Shown piece after piece: positions 1 to 13,503 of a stretch of DNA of 64,000 nucleotides. How positions within the stretch are numbered: the first letter of the stretch is position 1; each line of letters begins with the position of its first letter. The notes beneath the pieces were generated by a model. That model was not told the DNA's origin, ran no database searches, and worked only from the letters and a program-made list of their open reading frames with translations. The translations under genes and the position numbers were made by a program. Source of the stretch: Octopus vulgaris (lineage: Eukaryota); assembly GCA_951406725.2 (NCBI GenBank), contig OX597829.1, positions 46,376,001 through 46,440,000 on the forward strand, given 5' to 3'.

Positions 1-159
1 AGTCCGCTATTGAGTATAATATACAGGGGATTTTAGGGAGCTGTACTTCTGAAAAACTTAAACCTTGTATATAATACGCACCCTTTCTCTAACTTGAGTC
101 GTACGTAATTGTAATAGGAAATTGTTTCCTCTCCTTGCGAGGAACACATTTATAGACAA

Positions 160-670
160 CTAGCAGTATCGCCCGGCGTTGCTCGGGTTTGTAAGGGAAA
201 TAACTATATAAGCATTTTTAGAGAGTTAATTCCCTTATAGATGCCAATTCGGGCTTTCTTAGCCATTTCTGTTTTGGTGTTTTCAAGCCATGAAGTCGTT
301 GTTCTAAAAGAACGCTGGTCTCCTTGGCAACGCTTTACGACGTTGATTTCCTTACACTCCCTTCCCCACAGCTTCACGAGGGAGGGAAGAAGGGGGAGAA
401 GCAAACAGGTGCAGGTGTGACCATGGACGCCAACTCCGCCGCCATCGACACACGAAAAATTATGCATTAAAATGGAATAAAAAATGATGTTAAATTATTT
501 TTAAAATCGTAGACTCATCGTAGACGCGCGCTAATAGCCAGACGGGCTCGATATTAATCACGACTATAAGATACCCGAATTTGGTTAAACTGCACCGCAA
601 AATGTGGGAGTAGTTAGGAATCTAAATCGAAGGGGACAGACACTCACACAACTACAGTTTTATATATATA
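160..670 (-). mobile_element. Non-autonomous Helitron, family 1, long form with GC-rich internal insert
   Basis: The minus strand ends CCCGAGCAACGCCGGGCGATACTGCTAG (3' hairpin plus CTAG). The 5' TATATATAAAA head is present. Near-identical to 16528-17058. Confidence 0.8.
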
Positions 671-1175
671 CTAGCAGTATCGCCCGGCGTTGCTCGGGTT
701 TGTAAGGGAAATAACTATATAAGCATTTTTAGAGAGTTACTTCCCTTATAAATTCGGGCTTTCTTAGCCATTTCTGTTTTGGTGTCTTCAAGCCATGAAG
801 TCGTTGTTCTAAAAGAACGCTGGTTTCCTTCACAACGCATTACGACGTTGATTTCTTTACACTCCCTTCCCCACAGCTTCACGAGGGAGGGAAGGGGGAG
901 AAGCAAACAGGTGCAGCTGTGAGCGTGGACGCCAACTCCGCCGCCATCGACATACGATGCATTTTATGCATTAAAATGGAATAAAAATGATGTTAAATTA
1001 TTTTTAAAATCGTAGACTCATCGTTGACGCGCGCTAATAGTCAGACGGGCTCGATATGAATCACGACTATAAGATACCCGAATTTGGTTAAACTGCATCG
1101 CAAAATGTGGGAGTAGTTAGGAATCTAAATCGAAGGGGACAGACACTCACACAACTAGAGTTTTATATATATAGA
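671..1175 (-). mobile_element. Non-autonomous Helitron, family 1, second copy nested in or adjacent to the first
   Basis: 5' TCTATATATATAAAA at 1175 and 3' hairpin plus CTAG at 671. A slightly diverged copy of 160-670. Confidence 0.8.
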
Positions 1176-1905
1176 TATAGATATTTTAGTTTCCCCCCTC
1201 ACTTAGGCGCATAATACCAGTTTTCAAAATGTCATTCTAATAATGGAGGGCTTTACATTTCAATACTGTTCACTGGCTTATTGCCCCCGAAAAAGATTCA
1301 GAGTTGTTCTGCTTCTTTATGTTATTGTTGCTGCTATGTGGTTGTTTTCCACACAGTTTTTGCTACAGTTATCATTCATAGACGGATTCTTTACGCTGTT
1401 GTTGTTGTTGTTGTTGTTTTCGATCTTGTTGTTCACGTTGTTGTTGTTGTTGTTGCTGGTGCTATTATTGTCGTAGCTGCTGCTGCTGCTATACAGACCG
1501 TCGTTACGGTTTTTGTTATTGTTGTTGTCGTTGTCGTTGCTGCTACTGGCATCTTTGCATTGTTTCTGTCGTCATAGCAACAATCGTAATTGTATTTCTT
1601 TGTATCGATAAATGAATTTTTAACTCCGAGCCGTCGCTACTTTCGGGAATAGAAACTGGGTCAACAGAACGCCGCTCGGACCACTTTGTTCCTCCGTCGA
1701 TCATTCTTCCATCGTGTTCCAAAAAGTGGATGCAATAAACTGCACAGAAATGTTACCACCATCGGGATAAAAAGACAATCTTAGCAAAATAAGGTTACGA
1801 TAGAAAATATATAATTAGACGGAATGAAGCATATTAAACTGCCGAAACGATTCGTGAAACACTTAAGGAACTCCAGCTAACTGTACATTTTCCCAGTATG
1901 GAAGC

Positions 1906-1969
<64 letters not shown>

Positions 1970-2020
1970 TCAACAACAACAACAATAATCATAATTATTA
2001 TTATTATTATTATTATTATT
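1906..2020. repeat. (AAT)n/(ATT)n microsatellite
   Basis: Directly visible. Confidence 0.95.
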
Positions 2021-2062
2021 GAGTGAGAGAGTGCATGCCATGATGACGATGATAGTAATAAT

Positions 2063-2146
<84 letters not shown>

Positions 2147-2148
<2 letters not shown>

Positions 2149-2327
2149 GGAGTAAACACATGAATGTGAAACAAGGTGGAAAAAAGAGTATTCAAATACC
2201 AGTGGTAGAGTAATATGCGTTATTTAAAGCAGCAGAAAATTCAACAAAACCTGTTACTCTGAGTTTACCGTTGCCGTTCATCGGATAGTTTTTGCAATGT
2301 TGAATTTTCTGCTGCTTTAAATAAAGT
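2147..2327 (-). mobile_element. Short Penelope/retrozyme-like element with a degenerate hammerhead and terminal fold-back
   Basis: Reverse complement of 10052-10202. 2299-2326 is an inverted copy of 2220-2246. Minus strand reads CCGATGA acggcaacgg TAAA ctcagag TA acag. Confidence 0.6.
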
Positions 2328-2357
2328 ATATATATATTTAAATTAAGTATATAAAGT

Positions 2358-2444
<87 letters not shown>

Positions 2445-2595
2445 CATGTATAAATGCATATATGTGTGTGTGTGCGTGCGTGTGTATGTATATATGCATA
2501 TATATGTATGTGTGTATATATGTATAAATATATATATATATATGTATGTGTGTATATATGTATAAATATATATATGTGTCTGTGTCTGCGAGTGT

Positions 2596-2983
2596 ATAAT
2601 TGAAAAATTAGGAGTCAACAAAAAGGAGTACGATTGGACAGTTATTTCCAATCACTACTATTGTTTCTACGCTAAGTAGAACTACGTGAAGTACGTTATG
2701 TAGAAACAGTTGTAGTGATTGCTTTTCTACTCCTGGGCACGAGGCCGAAATTTTATGGGAGGGGAGGGGGAAGACAGTCGATTAGATCAACTCCCAGTGC
2801 GAAACTGATACTTAATTTATCGACCCCGAAAGGATGAAAGACAAAGTCGAGCTCGGCGGGATTTGAAGTCAGAACGTAGCGGCAGACGAACTACTGCGAA
2901 GCATTTCGCTCGGTGTGCCAACGTTTCTGATTGAAAATAAATGTCCAACCGTATTCCTTGCTGATTCCAATTTTTTCAATTAT
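2596..2983. mobile_element. Fold-back (palindromic) element interrupted by a SINE
   Basis: Left arm 2596-2670 pairs with 2700-2721 plus 2929-2983. The SINE at 2722-2928 is flanked by TGATTG on both sides. Confidence 0.6.
2722..2928 (-). mobile_element. tRNA-derived SINE family B
   Basis: Core tcgaccccgaaaggatgaaag..aaagtcga shared with many copies in the window. Confidence 0.8.
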
Positions 2984-3103
2984 CTATTCACACACTACAG
3001 AAACCCAAACCCAAACGTATAATGCTACAAATGGATAACACGGGGTGAAATTTGAAAGTGGACGTGCTTTATATTGTATTCTAGTACATTCTAAGCAGAA
3101 TAT

Positions 3104-3322
3104 ACCTATTTCTTTACTACCTACAAGGGGACAAACAAGGACAGACACACGGATTAAGTGGATTATATCGACCCCAGTGCGTAACTGGTACTTATTTAAT
3201 CGACATCGAAAGGATGAAAGGCAAAGTCGACCTCGGCGGAATTTGAACTCAGAACGTAACGGCAGACGAAATACGGCTACGCATTTCGCCCGGCGTGTTC
3301 ACGATTCTGCTAGCTCGCCGCC
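3104..3322 (-). mobile_element. tRNA-derived SINE family B
   Basis: The minus strand starts GGCGGCGAGCTAGCAGAA and has a B-box-like GAGTTCAAATTCC. Same core as 28345-29085. Confidence 0.85.
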
Positions 3323-3759
3323 TCGATTCTAAGCAGAATATACCATAACTATACATACATGCGTATGTATGTATGTATATATGTATGTATGTATGTATAT
3401 ATGTATGTATGTATGTATGTATGTTTTCATTTTTGCAGGTGTATGTCTGTGCGCGCAAATGTGTGTGCACACAAATGACATTTCCTGCAAAAACTGTTTA
3501 TGAACACCTAACTAACTCATGACAAGTTTTGCTTCTTATGTTTCAAAAAATGATAATAGGATATGCAGGGTTTAGTGTGGGCAAATAAAAATAAATAGAG
3601 CGAGGGAAGGGTGGCAAGAAAAGTATCAATGATACTTCTGATCAATGTCAGAAGTGCTTGTCATATGACTGACGTTTAATGTGCAACAAGCAACTGGTAA
3701 AATGAATTAAACAGTTTTACCGTGAGAAAATGTCATTTGTATCACTTTTCCGTTTTATT

Positions 3760-4400
3760 TCGAGATACCTGGCCGACAGATAAAGTGCCGGTTTCTAATC
3801 TAGATCCGAGGTTTCTTCATTGGAATTTCAACACAAAGAACAAGGTACATGGGCAGTATATGGAGTCAGTGCATATGCAGATTAATATATTTTGTTTTAC
3901 GTTTATATTCCCATATTGGATCTGTAGTCTTCGAATCAACTCCCTACGTTTCTGGTTTTGAGAAGCCTAATTTCTCAAAATTGGTATTTTGAGAAGCGTA
4001 ATTTCTCAGGATTGGTATTTAGGCAGTGTGTCACATATCCCAGAGTCCTAATGATTACAAGTATAAACTTGAACTTGTAACAGATTTCTTAATTGTTCAA
4101 CGTAAGTATTTTATTCCTCACTTCAGCTTTATGTTAACATCTGCTGGGCAGCTAATTTCCCCAACTGTGCACTGTTTCTCTTTTCTATCCCAAACCATTA
4201 TATCAGATCTGTTATGTTTATATTTCATTGAGGTTTTCACTGCTACATTCCTCCAGAACTCCTTTTTATTATGAGTGGCTATCGTCTCTACCAAACTGTG
4301 GGTTTTATCATATCATTTCGTATTCTATTATTTTACCTCTTATGTTATTATGTTATCCTTCTAACATACCACATTATACAGTGTCCCGGCCAGATTATAT
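3760..4400 (-). pseudogene. 3' fragment of an R4/Dong-like (restriction-like endonuclease) non-LTR retrotransposon
   Basis: Minus-strand translation HNKKEFWRNVAVKTSMKYKHNRSDIMVWDRKEKQCTVGEISCPADVNI fits the RLE R(P/S)D..E motif. Same family as 31940-33420. Confidence 0.7.
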
Positions 4401-4602
4401 ATGTGTATATGTACGTACGTATTCATATATGTATGCGTTTATGTATGTATGTATATATGTATGTATGTATTATGTATGTGTACATATATATATAAACAAA
4501 AATATATGTATAGATAAGTTACACGGGCCTAAGCAGGCTAACACTGGTTGTCAAACGGTAGTGGAGGACTAACACAAAGACATACACACACACACACACA
4601 TA

Positions 4603-4783
<181 letters not shown>

Positions 4784-4863
4784 TAATCCAAACAAGAAAA
4801 CACAAAAAAACACAACAACGCGAGGACGTGGAACAAATATGGTATTATTGGACGCTCAGGAAA

Positions 4864-4924
<61 letters not shown>

Positions 4925-4926
<2 letters not shown>

Positions 4927-5258
4927 TAATATAGGATAAAATTTTTCGAAAAAAATTTTATCAATGTCCAGCATATTAAAAAATACCTTTAAAGGTTAAA
5001 TTTATAAACAACTTATAAACAAGGGCAAGAGAAAAATATGCCGAAAATAGACACATCGTCAATAACCATATAATTCATCATTATAAACACGCGTCCCGAA
5101 GAAAGCCGACAGATAATAAGGGAATTTTTTGTAATTTCTGTCGGCTTTCTTCGGGACACGTGTTTATAGTGATGAATTATATGGTTATTGACGATTTGTC
5201 TATTTTCGGCATATTTGGCATTAGAAATTTTTTTTCCTTTTGTCCTTGTTTATAAGTA
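4925..5258. mobile_element. Fold-back element in (TA)n, probably a Penelope-like terminal repeat
   Basis: 5014-5113 is an inverted repeat of 5137-5257. A single-orientation relative lies at 33478-33700. Confidence 0.6.
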
Positions 5259-5317
<59 letters not shown>

Positions 5318-5321
<4 letters not shown>

Positions 5322-5520
5322 ATCCAGACATGAAAGCACAAAAAACACAGCAACGCGAGGACGTGGAACAAATATAATATTATTGGACGCTCAGGAAAGA
5401 AGGAAAGACGGAGGGTTTAACGTTTCGAGCGGAGCTCTTCGTCGGAAACATAGGAGAAGGAAAGATCCAGAGAAGGGAAGACAGAGGAAAAAAATCGCCA
5501 ACGGTACACACGCGGTCATA
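5318..5520 (-). mobile_element. Short non-coding element with a minimal hammerhead motif
   Basis: Same family as 62415-62630 (+) and the partial copy at 4783-4866. Flanked by (TA)n and (CA)n. Confidence 0.65.
5415..5449 (-). ncRNA. Minimal type I hammerhead ribozyme-like motif (U4C variant)
   Basis: Minus strand: gttt CCGACGA a-gagc-tcc-gctc GAAA cg TT aaac. Stem I gttt/aaac, stem II gagc/gctc, palindromic AACGTT stem III. Confidence 0.55.
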
Positions 5521-5542
5521 CACACACACACACACACACACA

Positions 5543-5604
<62 letters not shown>

Positions 5605-6059
5605 AAATATATATATATATGCGCGTGTATGTATGTATGTTTATGTATATATGCTACTGGCTTCTTTCAGTTTCAGTCTAACAAATCCACTCACAAGGCT
5701 ATGGTCAGCCCAAGCCTATGTAGTTGTAGATGCCGGCAATGGAACTGAGCTAGAAACCACGTAGATGGAAGCAAGCTCCTTATCACACACTCCGACGCTT
5801 TTGCCTATATGCATATATTTATAAATGTATACGGATATCTATCTATCTATCCCCTAATCTAACCCATATATACACACACATACTCACGTAAATATCGAAC
5901 AATAGGAATGAATGCTCAACACTGAACTGGTAGATAAAATTTCTGTATTTGTATAATAAGTTTCAGGTTTCAGGTTAAGAAGAAATACCTTAATACATTA
6001 ACAATCTTTAAAGCCGACTACATTGGGAAACAAAGTCCGTCTACATTTTGGAGACATAT

Positions 6060-7279
6060 ATATCTTTTATCTTTAATTTGTTCCAGTCATTTGACTGCGA
6101 ACATGCTGGAGCACTGCCTTTAGTTGAGAAAATTGACCGCAGGACCTATTCTTTGTAAGCCTAGTACTTATTCTATCGGTCTCTTTTGCCAAACTGCTAA
6201 GTAATGGGGGCGTAAGCACATCAGCATCAGTTGTCAAGCGATTTTTGGGGATAAACACAGACACACATATACATACATATATATATATATACATATACAA
6301 ACATACACACCCCACACACACACTCACCCCCCCCACACACACACATATATATATATATAGTGTATGTACGCCGCCATATGTACATTAAAAATGGGACAAG
6401 AACACAAAACATCCACACAGATGATACAAAAGAGGGACAAGAAGAAACAACACGGACGGGCCATTTGAAGTTTTCTTTCCTCAGTCGAGTTCCAGATTAT
6501 CTTTGCAATTTCGGCTGGCTATACTCGAGATTGCTCCAAGGAAAAACTAAGCGAAGAGCATTAGATACCTTTGAAAAAAGCAGCAAATGTATATGAAAAC
6601 AAGGACGGAAAAAACAGGGAACTGGTACTCAAATACAAATAACAGGACATATCGACAGGTGTCGTTATGTCCTGTTTACTTGCATATGTATTTGTGTACC
6701 ATTTCCCTGTTTTCATATATATACGACGGGCTTCTTTCAGTTTCCCTCAACCAAATCCACTCACAAGGCTTTGGTCAACCCGAGGTTATAGTAGAAAACA
6801 CTTGACCAAGTTACCACGCATTGGGATTGAACCCGAAACCATATGGTCGGTGAGCAAGCTTCTTAACACACTGCCACTCCTGTGCCTAAACATATTCTTC
6901 TTTCTTTTATTTGTTTCAGTCGTTTGACTGTGGCCATGCTGGGGCATTGCCTTTTAGTCGAAGAAATCGACAGCAGGATTTAATATTTGTAAGCCTGGAA
7001 CTTATTCTATTTGTCTCTTTTGCCAAACCGCTGAGTTACGCGTGCGTAAACATACCAACATCGATTGTCAAGTGATGGTGGGGGAACAAACACAGGCACA
7101 AAGACACACACATAAATATATATATATACGACGGACTTCTCTCAGTTTCCGTCTACCAAATCCACTCACAAGGTTTTGGTCGCCCCTAGGCTATAGCAGA
7201 AGCCGCCACGCAGTGGGACTGAACCCAGAAGCATGTGGTTGGGAAGCAAGCTTCTTATTACCACACAGCCACGCCTGCG

Positions 7280-7282
<3 letters not shown>
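6060..7282 (-). mobile_element. Cluster of SINE family A pieces (6060-6270, 6723-6886, 6905-7282) around an unrelated element at 6380-6720
   Basis: Match to the reverse complement of 7946-8377. Confidence 0.75.
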
Positions 7283-7330
<48 letters not shown>

Positions 7331-7331
<1 letters not shown>

Positions 7332-7639
7332 TCACGTGATCACGTGACCGACCAGACCATCAAATGTTGTTACACATCGCTGGTCACAATGCGTTCGCAT
7401 TGTTTTAGCCTTCGAATGACGCCACCCCGCTGGCTAAGCGAGCAGGCCAACAGAAGAAAGAGTGAGAGAAAGTTGTGGTGAAAGAGTACACCAGGGATCA
7501 CCACCCCCTGCCGGAGCCTCGTGGAGCTTTTAGGTGTTTTCGCTCAATAAACACTCACAACACCCGGTCTGGGAATCGAAACCGCGATCCTGCGACCGCG
7601 AGTCCGCTGCCCTAACCATTAGGCCATTGCGCCTCCACC
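7331..7639 (-). mobile_element. tRNA-derived SINE family C
   Basis: Minus-strand head GGAGGCGCAATGGCCTAATGGTTAGGGCAGCGG..GGTTTCGATTCCC (A and B boxes). Homologous to 14802-15102. Confidence 0.85.
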
Positions 7640-7945
7640 ATACATATATATATATGTATATATATCCACGATATATGAAAATATTTGCTTTAAAGTTGAC
7701 CACAGGTCTGACAGCGTCGTCTAAACCGCCCCAGTTTACATTAATGGACATTCGAGATCAATCATACGTTCAGTTTACAACAATAAATATTAATTAATTA
7801 AAACAACATGCATCAAAGCATTATATGTGAACATCAAACAGGCTTATTTAATGAAGCAATTACTTTGTATGATGTCTATAAATACCAAATGCGCAAAATG
7901 CCATACATATTAAGATAAAGGGCAAATATATGACTTCTGAAATGA

Positions 7946-8117
7946 AGGCGCAGGAGTGGCTGTGTGGTAAGTAGCTTGCTAACCAACCACATGGTTCCGG
8001 GTTCAGTTCCACTGTGTGGCATCTTAGGCAAGTGTCTTCTGCTATAGCCCCGGGCCGACCAATGCCTTGTGAGTGGATTTGGTAGATGGAAACTGAAAGA
8101 AGCTTGTCGTATATATG

Positions 8118-8151
<34 letters not shown>

Positions 8152-8377
8152 ATTGTGTGCCTGTGTTTGTTCCCCTAGCATTGCTTGACAACCGATGCTG
8201 GTGTGTTTACGTCCCCGTCACTTAGCGGTTCGACAAAAGAGATTGATAGAATAAGTACTGGGCTTACAAAAAATAAGTCCCGGGGTCGGTTTCCTCGACT
8301 GAAAGGCGGTGCTCCAGCATGGCCGCAGTCAAATGACTGAAACAAGTAAAAGAGTAAAAGAGTAAAGAGAGTAAGAG
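7946..8377 (+). mobile_element. tRNA-derived SINE family A, full length
   Basis: A-box TGGCTGTGTGG, B-box GGTTCAGTTCC, internal (TA)n(TG)n and an (AGTAAAAG)n tail. More than 10 copies in the window. Confidence 0.9.
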
Positions 8378-9070
8378 ATGACGATTAAGATTCGATTGTT
8401 TAGAAACGTCCGATGTTCCACTGCGTTGGCCTAAATCATTGAGATTAATATGCATATACATTAAGCATGAATATACTCACATTTCCGCACTAACAAACCG
8501 TAAATTGAATAAGCAGTCAACGGAAAAAAAAATATTTATGCAAATCGGGCTAACCGGTTTGCTGAAGTCACTGTATCTCATGCTATAAATGTTCTCTAAA
8601 AACTAATCATCTACATAAAGCAGCTTTCGCATAAGATAAGTATTTTTGATTTCTGATGTCTTAGTTAGACACTTAGGTTTGAAACCAAGTAAAGTTAAAC
8701 TTTCTTTTTCTCTCCGTGAAGATACAGCGATAGGTATTTGTTTCTAAAACCTATTTAATATAACTCACACATAAAATAACTCACACAGGACTTTATAGTG
8801 CAAATTAGACTACTTGGTTGCCATCAAAAAGTAGCGTCCCTTAATTTATTGTTTTCTGCACGAGAATCTCGACGAAATCACAAAACTTAGTGATTTTATC
8901 CAAAATGAGGCGAACACCTTTCCTCCATGTTATCGTCTCGAAAAATTGTTATGATACTAAGATATCATTCCTTAACATGAAACCAATGGTTACTTAGTAC
9001 ACAGATAAAGAAATTCTATCCACCAATGCAGTGTTGAGCACTCATTCTCATCGTTCGACATTTACGTACG

Positions 9071-9101
<31 letters not shown>

Positions 9102-9106
9102 TAATG

Positions 9107-9140
<34 letters not shown>

Positions 9141-9218
9141 TGTATGTATGTATGTATGTATGTATGTGTGTATGTGTGTATGTATGTATGTATTTATGTA
9201 TGTATGTATATATGTATG

Positions 9219-9252
<34 letters not shown>

Positions 9253-10051
9253 TGTATGTATGTATGTATGTATATATATATTTAATATAAAGCAGTTTGC
9301 AATATTTTTTCAAAAAGGTGAATTATAATTGTCACTAAATGTTACTAGGGTGTTAGGAAACACCTACATTGCTAGAATTAAGAGCTAAAATGCTATAATG
9401 CTGTACAGCGAGCTGATGAGGCTGCAGAAACTGCTGAAACTGTCAGTATTAAGAATTCTCTTGTCCCCATATATGCCAATAATGCCGTTACACAGCTTGT
9501 ATACATAATTTTTTCTTATTTGGTTTTTTTCCCCACCCCTCCTTCGTTCCTTTTTCTCTCTCTTCCTTTCTTTCGTCCCCCCCCCCTTACTCAGTATATG
9601 AGAATCGCTACATAGATGATTTTTAACTTGCGTGCGAGATGGTTTGCGTGAATATATGTACACATGCATTTATGTGTATATTTAGATTTATATTCATACG
9701 TCTGTATATGTATGGCGTTTGCGCGCATCCTCTTGTGTATGTTGATATATATATGTACATCTTAATATAAATATGTATTGCAGTGTAATATTTATAACAG
9801 GTTTAATTGCATTAATTTATACTTTCTTCATTAACGTCAATATGTATTTTATCCAATGTACGGTTTTTTCCTCGGATTTTATATTTTTTATAAGTTTTTA
9901 TATATATATATACATATATTTTTGACCTTTTTGTTTATCGCTCGAAGATTGACCGTTTTTTTTTCTAAAGGGCCAATCAAACAATTCCATTTCTCTTTAA
10001 AGGTGTAGCGTTTGTAAGAGTCTAGATTGAATTGATATATCGGTTCCATTC

Positions 10052-10200
10052 TAGCAAAAACTGTCTGATGAACGGCAACGAGAAACTCAGAGTAACAGAT
10101 TTTGTTGAATTATCTGCTGCTTAAAATAAAGCATATTACTCTACCACTGGTATTTGAGTACTCTTTTTTCCACCTTGTTTCACATTTATGTGTTTACTCC

Positions 10201-10202
<2 letters not shown>
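10052..10202 (+). mobile_element. Short Penelope/retrozyme-like element ending at (TA)n
   Basis: Reverse complement of 2147-2296. Carries a hammerhead core. Confidence 0.65.
10061..10098 (+). ncRNA. Minimal type I hammerhead ribozyme
   Basis: ctgt CTGATGA a-cg-GCAA-cg-a GAAA ctcagag TA acag. Canonical CUGANGA and GAAA, stem I ctgt/acag, GUA cleavage triplet. Stem II is very short. Confidence 0.65.
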
Positions 10203-10258
<56 letters not shown>

Positions 10259-10901
10259 ATATATATACATATATCTATACGCATACTCATACTTGCATGT
10301 ATGTACACACTCATACACACGCATTATACTCACACAACACATACACACGTACGCTAAAATACACATACATCTACACATACGTACTAATCTACGTATTAAT
10401 CGATGTACACTGATACGATTGTATATAACTACATATATGTATTTCAGTCTCACGCATCATATGGATATCTACATTTAAATGAGAGAAAGGGGTGATTATA
10501 GATGGGTACTCCCGAGTGGAATCCGGGTGGTACGCCATTCGGATTTACGGTTGTGGTTGGGTTTGTATTCCTGTATACAGACAGCTTCAGTGACTTGTCT
10601 CCGCATTGCATCAGTGGGATGTGTGGATAACATATCTAACCTAAGTAGATATCTAACCTAAGTCTCAATAAGGAGCCATTGTGGCAGTCTACAGCATGCT
10701 AATAGGAGATGGAGTTGCCCAGGTGTTTTTTGAACTTATCATTGATGCTCCTAGAAGTCTCACCTATGTATGACTGAGATAATCACGCAAGCCCTTACTT
10801 GACATTTAATCTGGTATACAGTGTTTATCTTTTTGCAGTTCATATGTGGGTTTGTGGAACATACTGCACAATTATTCTGATACGTGATTCTATCAAATGG
10901 G

Positions 10902-10949
<48 letters not shown>

Positions 10950-10987
10950 CCCATTTATATATATATATATATGTATATATATATGTA

Positions 10988-11364
10988 TACTCTTTACTCT
11001 TTTACTCTTTTACTTGTTTCAATCATTTGACTGCGGCCATGCTGGAGCACCGCCTTTAGTCGAGCAAATCGACCCCGGGACTTATTCTTTGTAAGCCCAG
11101 TACTTATTCTATCGGTCTCTTTTGCCGAACCGCTAAGTGACGGGGACGTAAACACACCAGCATCAGTTGTCAAGCAATGCTAGGGGGACAAACACACACA
11201 TATACATATACATATATACGACAGGCTTCTTTCAGTTTCCGTCTACCAAATCCACTCACAAGGCATTGGTCGGCCCGAGGCTATAGCAGAAGACACTTGC
11301 CCAATGTGCCACACAGTGGGACTGAACCATGTGGTTGGTTAGCAAGCTACTTACCACACAGCCA

Positions 11365-11367
<3 letters not shown>
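10988..11367 (-). mobile_element. SINE family A
   Basis: Reverse complement of 7946-8377. Confidence 0.9.
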
Positions 11368-11449
<82 letters not shown>

Positions 11450-12230
11450 TATGTATGTATGTATGTATATACTGGAACGTTATTTTTCATTAGAAACCAC
11501 CGAGATATAACACGATTAGAGAATCAATTTTCTATATTCCTGTCTGGCAAAGAGAACAACAACGGAGATATGAACTAGTTCAAAATTTCAAAGTATCGTA
11601 TAAAGGAAAAACAACATTTCCCTTGACATATATTTAAAATTATCCATGTACGTTGTTTCGTATAGTAATTAATTTAACAGGCCACTGAAGATAATAATCG
11701 ATATACTGGAGTCAGATAATGTAGTGTTTATCAATATATTTGTAGCACAGTTTTTGTCAGTCAACAGGTCGTAGATTCGAGCGAAGTAAGTTTGACACCA
11801 TTATTGTTGATAAATGTTCACGTGACATTAACAGTCTTTGTGTGTTTATGAATGTCTAAACTATGTTTACCAGATTGCAATCGTTTTAGCTTCAGCAAAT
11901 GATTTAAAATCAAATGACTAGGTATTCAAGTGCATCTCAGCAATAGCTTTGTATATTTCTTCTTCAACAAAGGCTCATCTCAGAAGAGAGATACCCTTGT
12001 GTGTTTTTTTTTTCTTTATTAACTCCCATGGAATAGAAGGTAATTTGAGAAAGAATGAAGCGAAAAGAACACGTGACTGCCGAATATATTGCAAGGTTCA
12101 CAGACTACAGCTAGAAATCTGCAGTTGCTAAGTGATACCTAAAATATCGGAAAGGCCAATCGAAAGATTTTCATGAGAATGCGTAGGTGGTGTCGTTAAA
12201 AGATTTGGGCATATAAGTGATGTATATATA

Positions 12231-12619
12231 TCTTTATATATAAAAGTAAGGTTGTGTGTCTGTCTACTCCGATTTAGATTCCTAACTACTCCCACATTTT
12301 GCGGTGCAGTTTAACCAAAACCGGGTATCTTATAGTCGGGATTCATATCGAGCCCTTCTGGGTATTAGCGCGCGTCTACGATGAGTCTACGATTTAAAAA
12401 ATAATTTACCATAATTTTTTCCCATTTTAATGCATATTTTTTTAAAGGGAAGTAACTCTCTAAAAATGTCTACGATGATTCAACGATTTAAAAAAAATTT
12501 ACTATCATATTTTTTCCATTTTTAATGCATTTTTTTGCTAATTTTTGGCTATAACTCTCTAAAAATGCTGTATAGTTAATTCCCTTACAAACCCGAGCAA
12601 CGCCGGGCGATACTGCTAG
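12231..12619 (+). mobile_element. Non-autonomous Helitron, family 1, two internal repeat units
   Basis: A|TCTTTATATATAAAA ... CCCGAGCAACGCCGGG..CTAG|T. Confidence 0.85.
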
Positions 12620-12620
12620 T

Positions 12621-12868
12621 ATATTACAAATGGGAAAGGCCGGTTTATGGGATTACCTTAGGTTTCCCGTCCATAAAGGGTTTGGCTTTATGACGTATTG
12701 TTAGATCTCAAAACCTGTTTAAAATATGGAAGAGAAAATGCCTCACTACTCAAGAGCATTTCCCCCTCCATATTTTGATGGCACCAGACGATACGTCATA
12801 AAGCTAAACCGTTTATGGTAGGGAAACCTAAGGTGATCCCATAAACCGGTCTTGCACATCTTAAATAT
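12621..12868. mobile_element. Imperfect ~250-bp hairpin (MITE-like or fold-back)
   Basis: ccggtttatgggattaccttaggtttccc pairs with gggaaacctaaggtgatcccataaaccgg. Pairing continues imperfectly towards the centre. Confidence 0.7.
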
Positions 12869-13138
12869 ATACTGCTCTACATCTTAGAATGTGCTTCTGC
12901 TTTCGGATTTATGATTTTTACAAACAATATATATGAGTGTATGTGTGTGTGTGTGTGTGTGTATGCACCCGTATATAAGCATACACACACACACACATAC
13001 ACTCACATATGTATTTGTACTATAAGATAACAATTCAGAGAATTGAATGGCAATCGAAAAAGGCTCTTCTTACGGACTAATCTAAATGTTCACGTAATCT
13101 TCCAATCCAGAATGGTCGTTTTTTTGTAAATAATCTTC

Positions 13139-13218
<80 letters not shown>

Positions 13219-13503
13219 GAATAAGCATATAGATATGTGTATAAAGAGATAGATAGATAGATATGAATGTCTTCCTGGGGCTAAAAACAACAGTAACACC
13301 GTCTTCTATAGGACCGCCACATTTAGTTGACAAATATATTTTATGAATAAACGGACCGGGATAAATAGATAGACAAATAAATAAATGGATGAAAAAGCTC
13401 AAAATTTAAAATTGGGAGAGGGGGGTGAAATTTGGGAACGTTATTAAACTTTAAAATATTAATGTTTGTTTCTCATAAAATGGCGTATTTAATTTACATT
13501 AAA

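Noticed and set aside
204-467. 87-aa ORF also seen at 715-906 and 16751-17014
   Set aside because: It lies inside a non-autonomous Helitron. The similarity reflects repeat identity, and the frame is broken in the 19816 copy.
1240-1760. Asn/Thr-rich coding exon on the minus strand
   Set aside because: The open stretches are in different frames separated by stops and are driven by degenerate trinucleotide repeats. A short exon near 1560-1740 cannot be excluded.
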